A stretch of 64,000 nucleotides of DNA from assembly GCA_963777155.1 (NCBI GenBank), contig CAVZPM010000031.1:1-64000 (forward strand). Direction: 5' to 3'. The translations under genes and the position numbers were made by a program. This stretch comes from Candidatus Bathyarchaeota archaeon. GTDB lineage: Archaea; Thermoproteota; Bathyarchaeia; Bathyarchaeales; Bathycorpusculaceae. Positions 11,108 through 22,137 of this stretch are shown one piece after another. Below the pieces are notes generated by a model, which ran no database searches, was not told the origin of the DNA, and saw only the letters and a list, made by a program, of their open reading frames with translations. Position 1 is the first letter of the stretch. Each line of letters opens with the position of its first letter.

Positions 11108-11237
11108 TATATGAAAACTAAGGGATTGTTTAAGCAATTTGCTTAAGCATTTTATTTAGCAATCACCTTCTTTGCACGCTGTCCATGCAATATTGTTATA
11201 TAATTGCTCTAAGATAGGCTATTTGAGGTTTGTCGGC

Positions 11238-11612
11238 ATGTCTGAATTTGTATGGAATAAACCTGTTTTGTGTATTTTTAAAGAGCGAGATGTTAACCCT
11301 GAAATTGACCCATTCGTGGTTGTTAAAGCAAAAAAACTAACGCTTACTAAAGTGGCGGATTCTAAATATTCTGGTAGTATTGTAGATTCGTTTACGTTAA
11401 TGGGTGATGCCGACTACCTTACTACCAAAGAAGGTGCAGCAGACCACTACGTGATGTGTTGGTTCGACGATACCGAGCCAGATATGGCTAAGGATTTAAG
11501 GCGTCTAAGAGGTGTCACCCTTAGCGGGAAAGTCACATGTACTGAAAATGAAAAAACGAGAAAACGAACATACAACGCTGCATTCACGGCTGAACACGCT
11601 AAACTAAAATAA
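11238..11612 (+). CDS. Hypothetical protein
   Basis: ORF with GAGG upstream of internal ATG (MSEFVW). Confidence 0.7.
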   Translation: MSEFVWNKPVLCIFKERDVNPEIDPFVVVKAKKLTLTKVADSKYSGSIVDSFTLMGDADYLTTKEGAADHYVMCWFDDTEPDMAKDLRRLRGVTLSGKVTCTENEKTRKRTYNAAFTAEHAKLK

Positions 11613-11755
11613 CCTCTTATTCTTAGGTCAACCGATCAAGAACTAACCATTAAGCCGTAACTTTACCATAAGGAGCATCGCTTCAGCACGTTGGGCTAAT
11701 GGTGAATTTTGCATTTTTTTTAAACTTACTCTTAAATATAACTGAATAAACTTCT

Positions 11756-12175
11756 ATGGTAAGGTCTTACACCATGGTAGAGCAAATATTAAGTGCTACT
11801 CTAATTACTGGTAGAACAATTGATCAAGGCGTAGGAAAAGAGATGGGGAAAGGCTCCAAAGAATACTTTGACAGCAGTTCGGTCTGTTTTATAGATAAGT
11901 CTGACATGCTAAAACTGGGTATAAAAACTGGGTCAAACGTTCAGGTGACCTCTAAGTATGGTTCTGTCATCGTTAAAGCAGTAAAATTTCCAAGCGGAAT
12001 CACACCTGGAATGGTTTTTATACCCTGTGGTTTATGGGCAAATGCAATATGCGGCGACGAAACTTACGGCATGGGTATGCCTATGTTTAAGGGGTTCCCA
12101 GTTGAAGTTAAAGCTGCCCCAAATGAAGCTGTCTTAACCCTCGATGAGCTTCTAATGAAAGAATATGGACGGTAA
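11756..12175 (+). CDS. fwdD: Formylmethanofuran dehydrogenase subunit D
   Basis: LITGRTIDQG, GMVFIPCGLWAN, GMPMFKG; first gene of the fwd operon. Confidence 0.92.
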   Translation: MVRSYTMVEQILSATLITGRTIDQGVGKEMGKGSKEYFDSSSVCFIDKSDMLKLGIKTGSNVQVTSKYGSVIVKAVKFPSGITPGMVFIPCGLWANAICGDETYGMGMPMFKGFPVEVKAAPNEAVLTLDELLMKEYGR

Positions 12176-12181
12176 ATTGTC

Positions 12182-13741
12182 ATGACAGAAACAAAATCCG
12201 TTGTTTGTCCAATATGCGGCTGCTTATGTGACGACTTAGAAGTTACTGTGGAAAATAACGAAATCGTAAAAATGAAGAATGGCTGTGCCCAGTGTGAAGC
12301 CAAAATGGTTCACGGGTACAAAAGCGAAGAAAGAATTCTGAAACCGATGATTAGAAAGGATGGCAAGTTAGTTCCTGTCTCCATGGATGAAGCCGTTCAC
12401 AAGGCTGCTCAAATTCTCACCGATGCAAAGTATCCGCTTCTATTCGGCTGGAGCAGCTCAACCAGCGAAGCGCAGCGAGTTGGTGTCGAATTAGCGGAAG
12501 AATTAGGCTCAGCATTGGACAACTGCTGTAGCGTTTGCCACGGACCATCAGTTATGGCTGAACAAGAAATCGGTATCCCTTCATGCACTCTTGGGCAAAT
12601 CAGACACCGTGCAGACTTGGTAATCTACTGGGCATGCGACCCATGGGCTTCACACCCAAGACATCTTGAAAGATACACAAGTTTTACTGACGGTCGATTT
12701 GAAGGGAGCGAATGGAAAAATTACATGCAAAAGTTGAAGGGTGAGGCAGGCATGAAAAAGGTGGAAGCTGCTTCAAAACTAATAATGGGCAGCACTATTC
12801 CTACATTTCGTCCAAAGGTATGTGCTATCGATGCTCCCAACGCTCCGCCTCAAACAATGCAGAAAGATGGGCGAAAACTGATTGTTGTTGATGTCAGAAA
12901 AACCATAACTGCCGAGGCAGCAGATTATTTCCTTCAGGTAGAACCAAACAAAGATTATGAAATAATAGACTCCATGAGATGTTTAGTGGCTGACCAAGAA
13001 CTTGATGTTGACAAGGTTGGTGGTGTTCCAGTTGAATACCTTAAAGAAGTAACTGACGCAATGGTAAACTGCAATTTCGGTGTCATCTTTTTTGGTCTTG
13101 GCTTAACTCAAAGCGCAGGCAGATTCAGAAACATTGAAATAGCAATCGCACTAACACGTGACCTTAACAGAAGAACCAAGTTTGTTATTTCGCCTATGCG
13201 TGGGCATTTCAACGTTACGGGCGCAAACGTGGTTTTCGCTTGGCAAACAGGCTATCCATACGCAATTGATTTTTCACAAGGCTATCCACAATACAACCCT
13301 GGAGAATACACAGCAGTTGATTTGCTCAGACGCGGCGACAACGATGCGACACTAGTTATTTCATCAGATCCAGGTGCAAACTTTCCTAAGGCATCAATGC
13401 AAAATATGATGAAGCACCCAATAATCACCATCAACCCAGACATGAATGCTATCTCAAGGCTTGGCGATGTAGTGTTTCCAACTCAGTGGTGCGGTATAGA
13501 ATACGAGGGCACCGCTTACCGAATGGATCTGGTGCCAATAATGCTCCGCAAAGTTGTTGAGCCACCAAAGGGCGTTCTAAACGACGAAGAACTATTAAAG
13601 AAAATACTAGACGAAGTTCGAGCAATCAAAGCCAAAAATCCAGAAACAGAAACTAAAACCGAACTTAAAGCTCGCAACAAACTGGCACCTCGGATTGAAA
13701 TTAAACAAAGAAAGAAAACAAAAAAAGCGGAGGTCGCTTAA
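12182..13741 (+). CDS. fwdB: Formylmethanofuran dehydrogenase subunit B (Cys-ligand form)
   Basis: CPICGCLCDD Fe-S motif, SVCHGPS, PMRGHFNV. Confidence 0.95.
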   Translation: MTETKSVVCPICGCLCDDLEVTVENNEIVKMKNGCAQCEAKMVHGYKSEERILKPMIRKDGKLVPVSMDEAVHKAAQILTDAKYPLLFGWSSSTSEAQRVGVELAEELGSALDNCCSVCHGPSVMAEQEIGIPSCTLGQIRHRADLVIYWACDPWASHPRHLERYTSFTDGRFEGSEWKNYMQKLKGEAGMKKVEAASKLIMGSTIPTFRPKVCAIDAPNAPPQTMQKDGRKLIVVDVRKTITAEAADYFLQVEPNKDYEIIDSMRCLVADQELDVDKVGGVPVEYLKEVTDAMVNCNFGVIFFGLGLTQSAGRFRNIEIAIALTRDLNRRTKFVISPMRGHFNVTGANVVFAWQTGYPYAIDFSQGYPQYNPGEYTAVDLLRRGDNDATLVISSDPGANFPKASMQNMMKHPIITINPDMNAISRLGDVVFPTQWCGIEYEGTAYRMDLVPIMLRKVVEPPKGVLNDEELLKKILDEVRAIKAKNPETETKTELKARNKLAPRIEIKQRKKTKKAEVA

Positions 13742-15439
13742 ATGACAGAGTTACTAATAAAAAACGGCTTCGTCTTTGACCCCATTAACAAGATTAACGG
13801 GGAAAAAATGGATATAGCCATTAAAGACGGTAAAATCGTCCACAAAGTGGGAAGCAAAGCCCAAGTAATTGATGCCTCAGGATTAACTGTAATGCCGGGT
13901 GGCGTTGACATTCATACGCACATTGCAGGTGGAGAAGTAAACACCGGCAGAGTAATTCGTCCTGATGACCATGTTAAAGATGTAGAGCGCAAAACAGTAA
14001 TGACTCGCAGTGGCACTGGCTACTCAATTCCTTCCACTTTCACTACTGGTTACCGTTATTCTCGTATGGGATATACAACCGTTATGAATCCATCAATGGC
14101 GCCACTGCAAGCTAAACATACTCATGAAGAATTAAATGACATACCCTTGCTTGACAAAGCTACTTATCCGCTTTTGGGCGACTGGTGGTTTGTGTTAGAA
14201 AACTTATCTAAAGGCAAAGTTGAAGAATGCGCTAAACATGTCGCTTGGATGCTGGATATAACCAAGGGATATGCAATAAAAATCGTTAACCCGGGAGGCT
14301 TGGAATCTTGGGGTTTCGGACACAACGTCCACAGCATCGACGATCAAGTAGCCAACTTCTGCATCACCCCACGCGAAATAATATGTGGCTTAGCCAAAGT
14401 CAACGCACTACTCAACCTACCTCATTCTATACATCTTCACACTAACAACCTTGGATTACCCGGCAACTACACTACCACACTTGATACAATGAAGGCGTTA
14501 GAAAGCGTACCTTACAACGGCAAACCCGTTGGTCACATTACTCACTTACAGTTCGCGAGCTTCGCAGGAGACAGCTGGGCACACTTTAATTCAGCATCAG
14601 AAGAAATTTCAAATTACATTAACGCCCACAACCACATGACCTTTGACATGGGTCAAGTCATATTTACAGACACCACAACCATGACTGCTGACGGACCCTT
14701 CGAGTTTTCACTCTACGAGTTAGGCGGCCACAACAAATGGGTTAACAGCGACATTGAAACCGAAACTAGCGGCGGAATAATACCCTTCCACTACAAGAAA
14801 AACAGCCCCGTAAACGCATTACAATGGTCCATCGGACTGGAATTAGCTCTACTCATCAAGGACCCTTGGAAAATGTTCATGACAACCGACCACCCCAACG
14901 GTGGACCCTTCTTTGCATATCCAAGAGTTCTCGCATGGCTCTACAGCAAGAAAGCACGCGAAGCAACCTTGAAACATTGTAACAAGAAAGCCCAGAAAAA
15001 GAGTCTGCTACCAACAATAGATCGTGAAATGTCACTCTACGAAATAGCTATTATGACTCGGGCGGGCCAAGCAAAAGCTCTAGGGCTTTCAAACAAAGGT
15101 CATCTTGGCGTTGGTGCAGATGCAGATGTTGCAATCTATAACATTAACCCTGAAAAACTCGACATAGCCAAACAATTCAAGATTGCACGCAAAGCCTTCA
15201 AACACGCAGCATACACAATCAAAGACGGCAAAATCGTTGTGAAAGACGGCGAAGTCGTAAACAACAGTACGCCAGGCAGAACTATGTGGCTTGATGTCCA
15301 AACCAAAAACCCCTGCGTAATCGACGAGGAAATGCGACGCAAATTCAAACAGTATTGGACAGTCGAATACGACAATTATCCAGTGTTTGACCATTACTTG
15401 AGGGTCCCAGAAAAATTAACCATCGAGGCCAGTGTCTAA
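13742..15439 (+). CDS. fwdA: Formylmethanofuran dehydrogenase subunit A
   Basis: GGVDIHTHIAG, KIVNPGG, TTDHPNGGPF amidohydrolase motifs. Confidence 0.96.
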   Translation: MTELLIKNGFVFDPINKINGEKMDIAIKDGKIVHKVGSKAQVIDASGLTVMPGGVDIHTHIAGGEVNTGRVIRPDDHVKDVERKTVMTRSGTGYSIPSTFTTGYRYSRMGYTTVMNPSMAPLQAKHTHEELNDIPLLDKATYPLLGDWWFVLENLSKGKVEECAKHVAWMLDITKGYAIKIVNPGGLESWGFGHNVHSIDDQVANFCITPREIICGLAKVNALLNLPHSIHLHTNNLGLPGNYTTTLDTMKALESVPYNGKPVGHITHLQFASFAGDSWAHFNSASEEISNYINAHNHMTFDMGQVIFTDTTTMTADGPFEFSLYELGGHNKWVNSDIETETSGGIIPFHYKKNSPVNALQWSIGLELALLIKDPWKMFMTTDHPNGGPFFAYPRVLAWLYSKKAREATLKHCNKKAQKKSLLPTIDREMSLYEIAIMTRAGQAKALGLSNKGHLGVGADADVAIYNINPEKLDIAKQFKIARKAFKHAAYTIKDGKIVVKDGEVVNNSTPGRTMWLDVQTKNPCVIDEEMRRKFKQYWTVEYDNYPVFDHYLRVPEKLTIEASV

Positions 15440-16253
15440 AATGATCGTCTTAATTCCCAAGAGAAAATTTGAGGTCCCTGTTCAAGCAGCTTGCATCAGC
15501 CCAGACGTTTTCAAGGGCAAAGACACAGCTGAAATAGCAAACCTACCCGTTACCGAAGGAAACCGCAACTTAAAACTCGGTGACCTCTTCGAAATCCAAG
15601 AAGACAACCTTGAAACACCCTACATCACCATAAACGGCGACGTAGGGAAAGTCAAGCGCATCGGCTCAGCAATGAAAACTGGCGAAATCCTTGTCAACGG
15701 CGACGTAGGAATGCACACAGGCGAAAAAATGGCAGGCGGCAAAATCACGGTAAACGGCAACATAGGCGGCTGGTCAGGGAACGACATGAAAGGCGGTTTA
15801 ATCGAAGTTCACGGCGACGCAGGCGACTACTTAGCTTCCCCATACCGTGGCACAAGTACCGGAATGAAAGGCGGCATGATAATTATAGACGGCAAAGTAG
15901 GAAGCGACTCCGGATGCTACCTGCACGGCGGCGTACTCAAAATCAAGGGCGGAGCAGGCAGGTTCCTTGGTTATCATATGAGTGACGGGGTAATCTTGGT
16001 CGATAAGGAAGTTGATATCCGCCCTGGTGCATGTATGACTGGCGGCAAAATCGTCATCACCGGCACAGTTGAAGAGGTAATGCCAACCTTCACAATCGAC
16101 AGCGTAAAACCCAAGGTCAAAATCGACGATACAACCTCAGCGGTGGGGCCATTCTATGTGTTTCTAGGCGACTTAGCAGAACACGGCACAGGCAAAATTT
16201 TCGTTTCTAAAGCTAATAACCCTCAAATGAAGTTCTACGAAAAATACCTCTAA
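15432..16253 (+). CDS. fwdC: Formylmethanofuran dehydrogenase subunit C
   Basis: Repeated GxxMxGGxIxxxG beta-helix motif. Confidence 0.95.
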   Translation: MSKMIVLIPKRKFEVPVQAACISPDVFKGKDTAEIANLPVTEGNRNLKLGDLFEIQEDNLETPYITINGDVGKVKRIGSAMKTGEILVNGDVGMHTGEKMAGGKITVNGNIGGWSGNDMKGGLIEVHGDAGDYLASPYRGTSTGMKGGMIIIDGKVGSDSGCYLHGGVLKIKGGAGRFLGYHMSDGVILVDKEVDIRPGACMTGGKIVITGTVEEVMPTFTIDSVKPKVKIDDTTSAVGPFYVFLGDLAEHGTGKIFVSKANNPQMKFYEKYL

Positions 16254-16374
16254 ATTTATTGTTTGGGCTTTTATCCACTTTTGTCTCATTTTTACGCTAA
16301 ACTAATATGATTTGTCGGTGCTAACGAAGCCGAATACCTTATGAATACGGCTGATTCAAAATCAACAAGCAAGA

Positions 16375-17169
16375 GTGAATGTTATGCGTCAAGTTGACAT
16401 GACTAGGCTTGACTTATCGACGGGAAAAGCAGAAAAAACTAAGGATTGCGTTGCAGAAGAGGTTCCTCTCCAAATCACCTTAAACACAGCCTATTCGTTC
16501 ATTATTTGGTGTTCACCGTCGCAATTCAAGGAACTTGCGGTTGGTTACTTGCTCTCTGAGGATATTTTGAGGTCAGTAGATGAAATTCAAGAGTTAACCT
16601 CCAACGAACCTCAGATTAGCTGCCAAATCAAGCTAAAGGCAACCGTTGACTTGGATGAACGTATGAAAAACTCGCGTCGAAGCACCCGCATTATTCCGTT
16701 GATCAAAGCCAGCACCTCAGCCTACCAACATGACGAAAAAATTTCCAAAGTAAAATCCACGCTCACAATTAAAGCCCAAACAATATTCGACGCCATTAAT
16801 CAAATTAATACCCTTGCCAAAGGCTTCAAAGAAACCGGCGGACTCCATGACTCAGCCATCTTCAAAGCAGACGGCACAATAGTGGCTTTCTCCGAAGATG
16901 TGGGGCGGCACAATACAGTTGACAAAGTCATAGGAGCCGCATCACTCAGCAAAGTGAATTTCAGCGAATGCTTCATGATAATAACTGGGCGCGTTCCGGG
17001 AGATATGATTTACAAGGCAGCAAAAGTTGGCTTGCCCATTGTGGCTTCTGTGGCAGCAGTCCTCAATTCGGGGATTTCGTCGGCGGAGAAAGCCAACATT
17101 GCTCTGGTCGGGTTTGTGCGTGGGAAACGCATGAACGTTTACACTGGAGCCGAAAGGATAATTCTGTAG
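16375..17169 (+). CDS. fdhD: FdhD molybdenum-cofactor sulfurtransferase
   Basis: EEVPL, ETGGLH, EDVGRHNTVDK, GFVRG. Confidence 0.93.
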   Translation: MNVMRQVDMTRLDLSTGKAEKTKDCVAEEVPLQITLNTAYSFIIWCSPSQFKELAVGYLLSEDILRSVDEIQELTSNEPQISCQIKLKATVDLDERMKNSRRSTRIIPLIKASTSAYQHDEKISKVKSTLTIKAQTIFDAINQINTLAKGFKETGGLHDSAIFKADGTIVAFSEDVGRHNTVDKVIGAASLSKVNFSECFMIITGRVPGDMIYKAAKVGLPIVASVAAVLNSGISSAEKANIALVGFVRGKRMNVYTGAERIIL

Positions 17170-18450
17170 GTGCCCGAAATGAATAGACCTGACATTAAAC
17201 GTTTACCAAAACGCGCCAATCCGATGGATGCACAAAAACGACTCCTTGAGGCAATACGCTCAAACATAATGCCACGTGAAAAGGTATCGTTGCAGGATGC
17301 TGTGGGCAGGGTCTTGGCGCAAGAAGCCATTTCGAGCATTAACATTCCTGATTACGATAAAACCTTCATTGACGGCTACGCTATCAACACATCTGACACA
17401 AAGGGTGCCTCAACCGCCAAACCTGCTGTCTTCAAAGTTGTCGGTAAACTGTTCCCAGCCGACTACCCCACATCAATCGAAGTTACTCGTGGTAAAACCG
17501 TTTATGTTGCATGCGGATCACCCATCCCTAAAGGCTCAACCGCTACAGTGAAAGTTGAAGAAACCCGATTAAACGGTGACCAAATCGAAGTTATCCGAGA
17601 AATCCAGCCGGGCGAAGGCATAATACCACTCGGAGACGACATGAAAAAAGGCGATCTGCTTCTCAAGAGAGGTCAAATTATCAGACCCCAAGATGTTGGG
17701 TTGCTTGCATCCATCGGGTTTGTTGAAGCTGAAGTGTTCAAAAAACCCAAAATAGCCGTTATTTCCGGCGGAGACGAACTAATCAAACAATCTCAAAAAA
17801 CCCCCAAGAAAATCGCAAACAACTACGCCCTTGTTGTTGCCGGTCTAGCTTTCGAATTGGGAGCCCAAGCGGAAATGGTTGGAATAATGTCAGATTCTAT
17901 GGAAAAAGTGACTGAGAAAATTACTGAAGCTCTCACTGACTCGGATGTTGTTGTTACAATTGGCGGATCGTCGGTTGGAGTCAAAGACTTTGTTCCTGAC
18001 GCTGTTAACGCGCTTGGAAAGCCTGGCGTAATTGTGCAGGGTGTTCTGCTGCGACCGGGCGCAATCTCAGGTTTTGGTATAGTGGACGGCAAGCCAATTG
18101 TTATGTTGCCAGGGCACATAGGTTCATGCATTGCTGGGTTCTACCTTTTTGTTGCCCCCTTAATCAGCCACTATCTCTGCTTAGGTGGCGACGGTATGCT
18201 TCCTAAACTGACTGCTGAGTTAGCGCAGGATTTAGAGACCGGTCCACAATTCCGATTCCAGCTTACTCATTTAAAACGGTCTGACGGAAAACTCTTAGCT
18301 GAACAGGTTGAAGGTGGCTCAAGCGCCCTGACAACTATCGTTAAATCAAACGGGTTCACAATCGTGCAACCCCACACCAAATTGGCAAAGGGCAGCAAAG
18401 TCGAAGTTTACTTGTTTGGCAAACTTGAACTGTCTCAACTCATTAGTTAG
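17170..18450 (+). CDS. moeA: Molybdopterin molybdenumtransferase MoeA
   Basis: GRVLAQ, DGYA, SGGDEL, GGSSVGVKD, LPG. Confidence 0.92.
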   Translation: MPEMNRPDIKRLPKRANPMDAQKRLLEAIRSNIMPREKVSLQDAVGRVLAQEAISSINIPDYDKTFIDGYAINTSDTKGASTAKPAVFKVVGKLFPADYPTSIEVTRGKTVYVACGSPIPKGSTATVKVEETRLNGDQIEVIREIQPGEGIIPLGDDMKKGDLLLKRGQIIRPQDVGLLASIGFVEAEVFKKPKIAVISGGDELIKQSQKTPKKIANNYALVVAGLAFELGAQAEMVGIMSDSMEKVTEKITEALTDSDVVVTIGGSSVGVKDFVPDAVNALGKPGVIVQGVLLRPGAISGFGIVDGKPIVMLPGHIGSCIAGFYLFVAPLISHYLCLGGDGMLPKLTAELAQDLETGPQFRFQLTHLKRSDGKLLAEQVEGGSSALTTIVKSNGFTIVQPHTKLAKGSKVEVYLFGKLELSQLIS

Positions 18451-19534
18451 ATACTTTCGAGGGCCAACGGTGAACATGTGCAGCTTTCCCCATAACCCAT
18501 GATTCACACCATGCCTTATCAGCTAACGCCCGCTCCTCCAAGAGGAGGCAACGGTTGTTTTCGTAAGTTTTGGCTTCGATGCGATAGTTGTTTGCCGCGC
18601 TCATGTATGCATTTTTCCCTTCAGAATCCAATAAAGCGCCCGATTCGGATTCCGATTGTTTGTGTGACAGAGTTAACAAAGCCTCCCCCAAGTTTTCCTT
18701 AGCTAAAGCAGCCCAAAAAAACGAATCACAAACCTCAAAGTTGCTCGCACAAAATGCAAATATTCTCTGTGCATCCAAAACCTTGCCTCCCTGGAACATT
18801 TTAGCTCCTTCTCTGATAAGACGCAAATCAGAAATCGACAACGTGCCCAAGTTTAGCTGCACGTTTTCCGTGACTAGCCCATGGGAGTGGCGGGTTTGCA
18901 GCCGATTTAGGTCCTCTTTGGAGTTTATGTTGATGAAGCTTCTAAGTTCGGGGTCGAGGGTTTTTATGTCGTTTACTGGAGAAACAAGTAGGTTTTGCTG
19001 GCACCTCTTGGAATGTCGTCTGAGCGTGGACGCTTAAGATGCACAAAGAGTCTCTGTAATTTCCAAGGCGCTTGCGCGTTCTAGCACCATCATCAGGGTT
19101 TCAAGCCTGCCGTTTGGCCACATCGGAACAGCCACCTCAAAACCCTCTGCCTGATTGAACATGTACTCAGCTACTTTGGGCTGCAGAAAGGGCATATCAC
19201 AGGGCAAAGTAAAGCAGAAATCTGCTTCAACCGCTTTCAGACCCGACATGATTGCAACGTTTGGACCGCTGATGTGACTGATTTTTTCGTCAACAACAAT
19301 CTTAATGTTCGTTAAGGCATATTTTTTTAGCGTTTGTTCGTACTTTGCTCTGCGTTCCTCATCATTCACGCATACAACAACGTCATCCACCACGTCCTGA
19401 ACGTTTTGGATTGCGTGGATTAAGAGGGGCTTTCCATCCAGTTCAGCGAGGGCTTTATCCTGCCATGTTTTATCTATAGTTTGGAATCTGCGGGCTCTTC
19501 CCCCTGCCAAAATCAACGCAGCTCGCTTAACCAT
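18443..19534 (-). CDS. mobA: Molybdenum cofactor guanylyltransferase MobA with C-terminal extension; compensating frameshifts at ~19042 and ~18991
   Basis: LILAGGRARRF, DKA, PCDMPF; the corrected frame gives FININSKEDL and joins ORF 18443-18862. Confidence 0.8.
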
Positions 19535-19544
19535 AATGTTTCCC

Positions 19545-20097
19545 TCAATCAGAATTTTTCTTTTTTAATTGCGCTTTAACCAGTTCCACAAGCCGTTGTC
19601 CTTCCTCAGGAACTTTGATGACGGGGATTTTTTGGTAGGTCGGGGTTTCAAGGGTTTTGGCAACTATACCTGCGACCGCTAAAATCGGCTCCACCGTTCC
19701 CTCCAAGGTCTCTTTTAATCCCTCTTGGTCTTTGGCAGTGATAATCTTTGGAACATCTTTTCTTTTGCCGATTAAACTGTGGAAACCTTCGATGAAAACA
19801 ATATCCAATTTCTCCCCTTCCAAAAGGGCGGTCATTTTGTCTAAGTCGTCAAGCGACATCTCAGTCTTCTTAATTATTGCTACCTCTTCAGGCGAAATGG
19901 CAACGATGACTCTTGGCGCCTGCTTTTGCGTAACGCCAGGTATTGGATCCTTCCTTATCCATTGTAAAACCCTTGTGATGCACATGCTTTATTGAGCCAA
20001 TCTGGTAGCCCTCAGCCGAAAGCTTAGAAATTAAATACTCTAAGGTAACTGTTTTTCCAGACCCGCTCCTGCCAACAGCGGCGACAACTAAAACCAT
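19545..20097 (-). CDS. mobB: Molybdopterin-guanine dinucleotide biosynthesis protein MobB; +1 frameshift at ~19913
   Basis: GRSGSGKT, IKHVHH in one ORF, DIVFIEGF in the next. Confidence 0.85.
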
Positions 20098-20156
20098 ATA
20101 TTTGCACACTCCACTTTGGATTCCAACATTTCAGCTCTTATTGATTATCCCAACCT

Positions 20157-21263
20157 TTATTCATTATTATCATCTGCAAAGACGTTTAAAGAATCAGCAT
20201 TGAAGTTTACTTGTATTTTTTCGCCAATAGTAAGACCCAAATTTTTAATGAAGCCTAAAGGAAGCCTCGCTTTCAACAGAAAACCAACATCAACAGTTAC
20301 TTGGGCAGTTGATCGCATTTGAACCATCTCAGCTATTGTTCCCTCAACTGAGTTGGTCGCTGTGCCATTGGAAATCGGGTCGGCTGATTTTGAGAGGGTT
20401 ATGTTTTCGGGTTTTATTGTAGCAATGATGTTTTTGCCGATTAAGTTGGGGGCTGAAGGCGCTAATAATATTATGCCGTTTGTTTCAATTTCCATTAACC
20501 CAGAATTTATTTCAACAGCTTTGCCCTTGAAGGAGTTAACTCCGAGAAACTTTGCAACATACCCTGAATTGGGTTTATCAAAAAGGTCTGCTCCGCATCC
20601 AATCTGTTCTATGTGTCCGTTGCCCATTACTGCTATTCGGTCTGACATGATGAATGCTTCAGATAAATTATGAGTAACGTATACAACTGTAATTTTTAAT
20701 TTCTGCAAATAATTCTTGAGCTCCAGCCTAAATGACTCCCTCAGCTGTGGATCAACCGCGGAGACTGGTTCATCTAAAAGCAGTACCTGCGGCTCTGTAG
20801 CCAGCGACCTCGCAAGTGCCGTACGTTGCTTTTGTCCACCACTGAGTTGATGCGGATAGAACCTTGCATAATCACGAAGCCCCACAAAATCAAGCAGTTT
20901 CTCAGTTCTTTTTTTCACTTCTTGCTTTGGTAAATGCATTGCCTTCAATCCGTAGGCTACATTATCTTGAACTCGCATGTGGGGAAAAAGGGAGGTAGTT
21001 TGGAAGACGTAGCCGACTTTCCGTTCGGAGGGGTTGAGGCAGACTTTTTTGGAGTCGCTTTTTCCGTTAACTAAGACGTTATTTATGTAGATGTTGCCTT
21101 GGTCTGGTTTGATTAATCCTGAGAGGATGTTTAGGAGGGTTGTTTTTCCGCATCCATTGGGTCCAAGTAAGGTTAGGATTTCATTGGTTTTAACTTCAAG
21201 GTTGAGGTTTTTAATCACTTTTTTTTCGCCGAATGATTTGGAGACTGCTTCGATTTTTATCAT
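20157..21263 (-). CDS. modC: Molybdate/tungstate ABC transporter ATPase with TOBE domain
   Basis: GPNGCGKT, LSGGQ, LLLDEP, C-terminal TOBE. Confidence 0.88.
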   Translation of the reverse strand: MIKIEAVSKSFGEKKVIKNLNLEVKTNEILTLLGPNGCGKTTLLNILSGLIKPDQGNIYINNVLVNGKSDSKKVCLNPSERKVGYVFQTTSLFPHMRVQDNVAYGLKAMHLPKQEVKKRTEKLLDFVGLRDYARFYPHQLSGGQKQRTALARSLATEPQVLLLDEPVSAVDPQLRESFRLELKNYLQKLKITVVYVTHNLSEAFIMSDRIAVMGNGHIEQIGCGADLFDKPNSGYVAKFLGVNSFKGKAVEINSGLMEIETNGIILLAPSAPNLIGKNIIATIKPENITLSKSADPISNGTATNSVEGTIAEMVQMRSTAQVTVDVGFLLKARLPLGFIKNLGLTIGEKIQVNFNADSLNVFADDNNE

Positions 21264-22081
21264 TTTTTGTTCCCGAACCTTTTCTGTTCAAGCAGCTTGA
21301 TGATTATGAGGATGCTGAAGGCTATTACGATTAAAATGATAGATAACATGATTCCGGCAAAAGGGTGATCTGAATACAATAGCGTGTAAATTGCCAAGGG
21401 CATCGTCTGAGTTACTCCCTGTAGGTTTCCCGCAAACATGAGTGTTGCACCAAACTCGCCCATTGCACGTGCCCAAGTCATCATAGTTCCAGTGATGATT
21501 GCGCGTATAGTTAGCGGTAAAGAAACTGTGAAGAAAACCCGCAGACGTGACTCTGATAAGATTTTAGCGCTGTTAATTACGTCGCGGTCCATGTTTTCAA
21601 ACCCAGTTTTCGCTGCCCTCAACAGGAACGGCGATGCCACAAAGACTTCAGCGATTATAACTGCGATTGTGTAGCCTGGTATAACAAACCCAAACATGTT
21701 CAGCAACGGACCTAAGAGTCCTTTTGGCGCGAAAGCCAAGAGCAAGGCAACACCAGCAACAGCCGGCGGAAGAACAAAGGGCAAATCGATTACGGTGTCA
21801 ATAATTGCTTTGCCAGGAAATTTTCTTGTCGCCATAAAATAGGCGGTAGGAACCGCCAAGATAAAGACGATTAGGGTGGCAATTGCTGAGGTGAATAAGC
21901 TGAGTTTAACCGTATCTATGATTTGTGAATCTTGTAGTTGAGAGCTAATTTGACCTGGCTCGATTCTTAAAAAAACCGCCAGGATTGGTAAGGCTACAAA
22001 AAGAAAGTATGTTAAAACGATGAGACCCAGAATCACCAATATGATTTTGTTCGAAAGCGAATTGCTGATTTTATGCTTCAT
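21260..22081 (-). CDS. modB: Molybdate ABC transporter permease
   Basis: DLPFVLPPAVAG, WARAMGEFGAT. Confidence 0.92.
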   Translation of the reverse strand: MKHKISNSLSNKIILVILGLIVLTYFLFVALPILAVFLRIEPGQISSQLQDSQIIDTVKLSLFTSAIATLIVFILAVPTAYFMATRKFPGKAIIDTVIDLPFVLPPAVAGVALLLAFAPKGLLGPLLNMFGFVIPGYTIAVIIAEVFVASPFLLRAAKTGFENMDRDVINSAKILSESRLRVFFTVSLPLTIRAIITGTMMTWARAMGEFGATLMFAGNLQGVTQTMPLAIYTLLYSDHPFAGIMLSIILIVIAFSILIIIKLLEQKRFGNKK

Positions 22082-22137
22082 CGTTTTTTACCGTTTGATT
22101 ATTTAAAAAATGGTGAATAGGTGCTTAATATTCACTT

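Noticed and set aside
12520-12550. Selenocysteine form of FwdB (FwuB)
   Set aside because: The ligand codon is TGC (Cys) and the ORF is uninterrupted.
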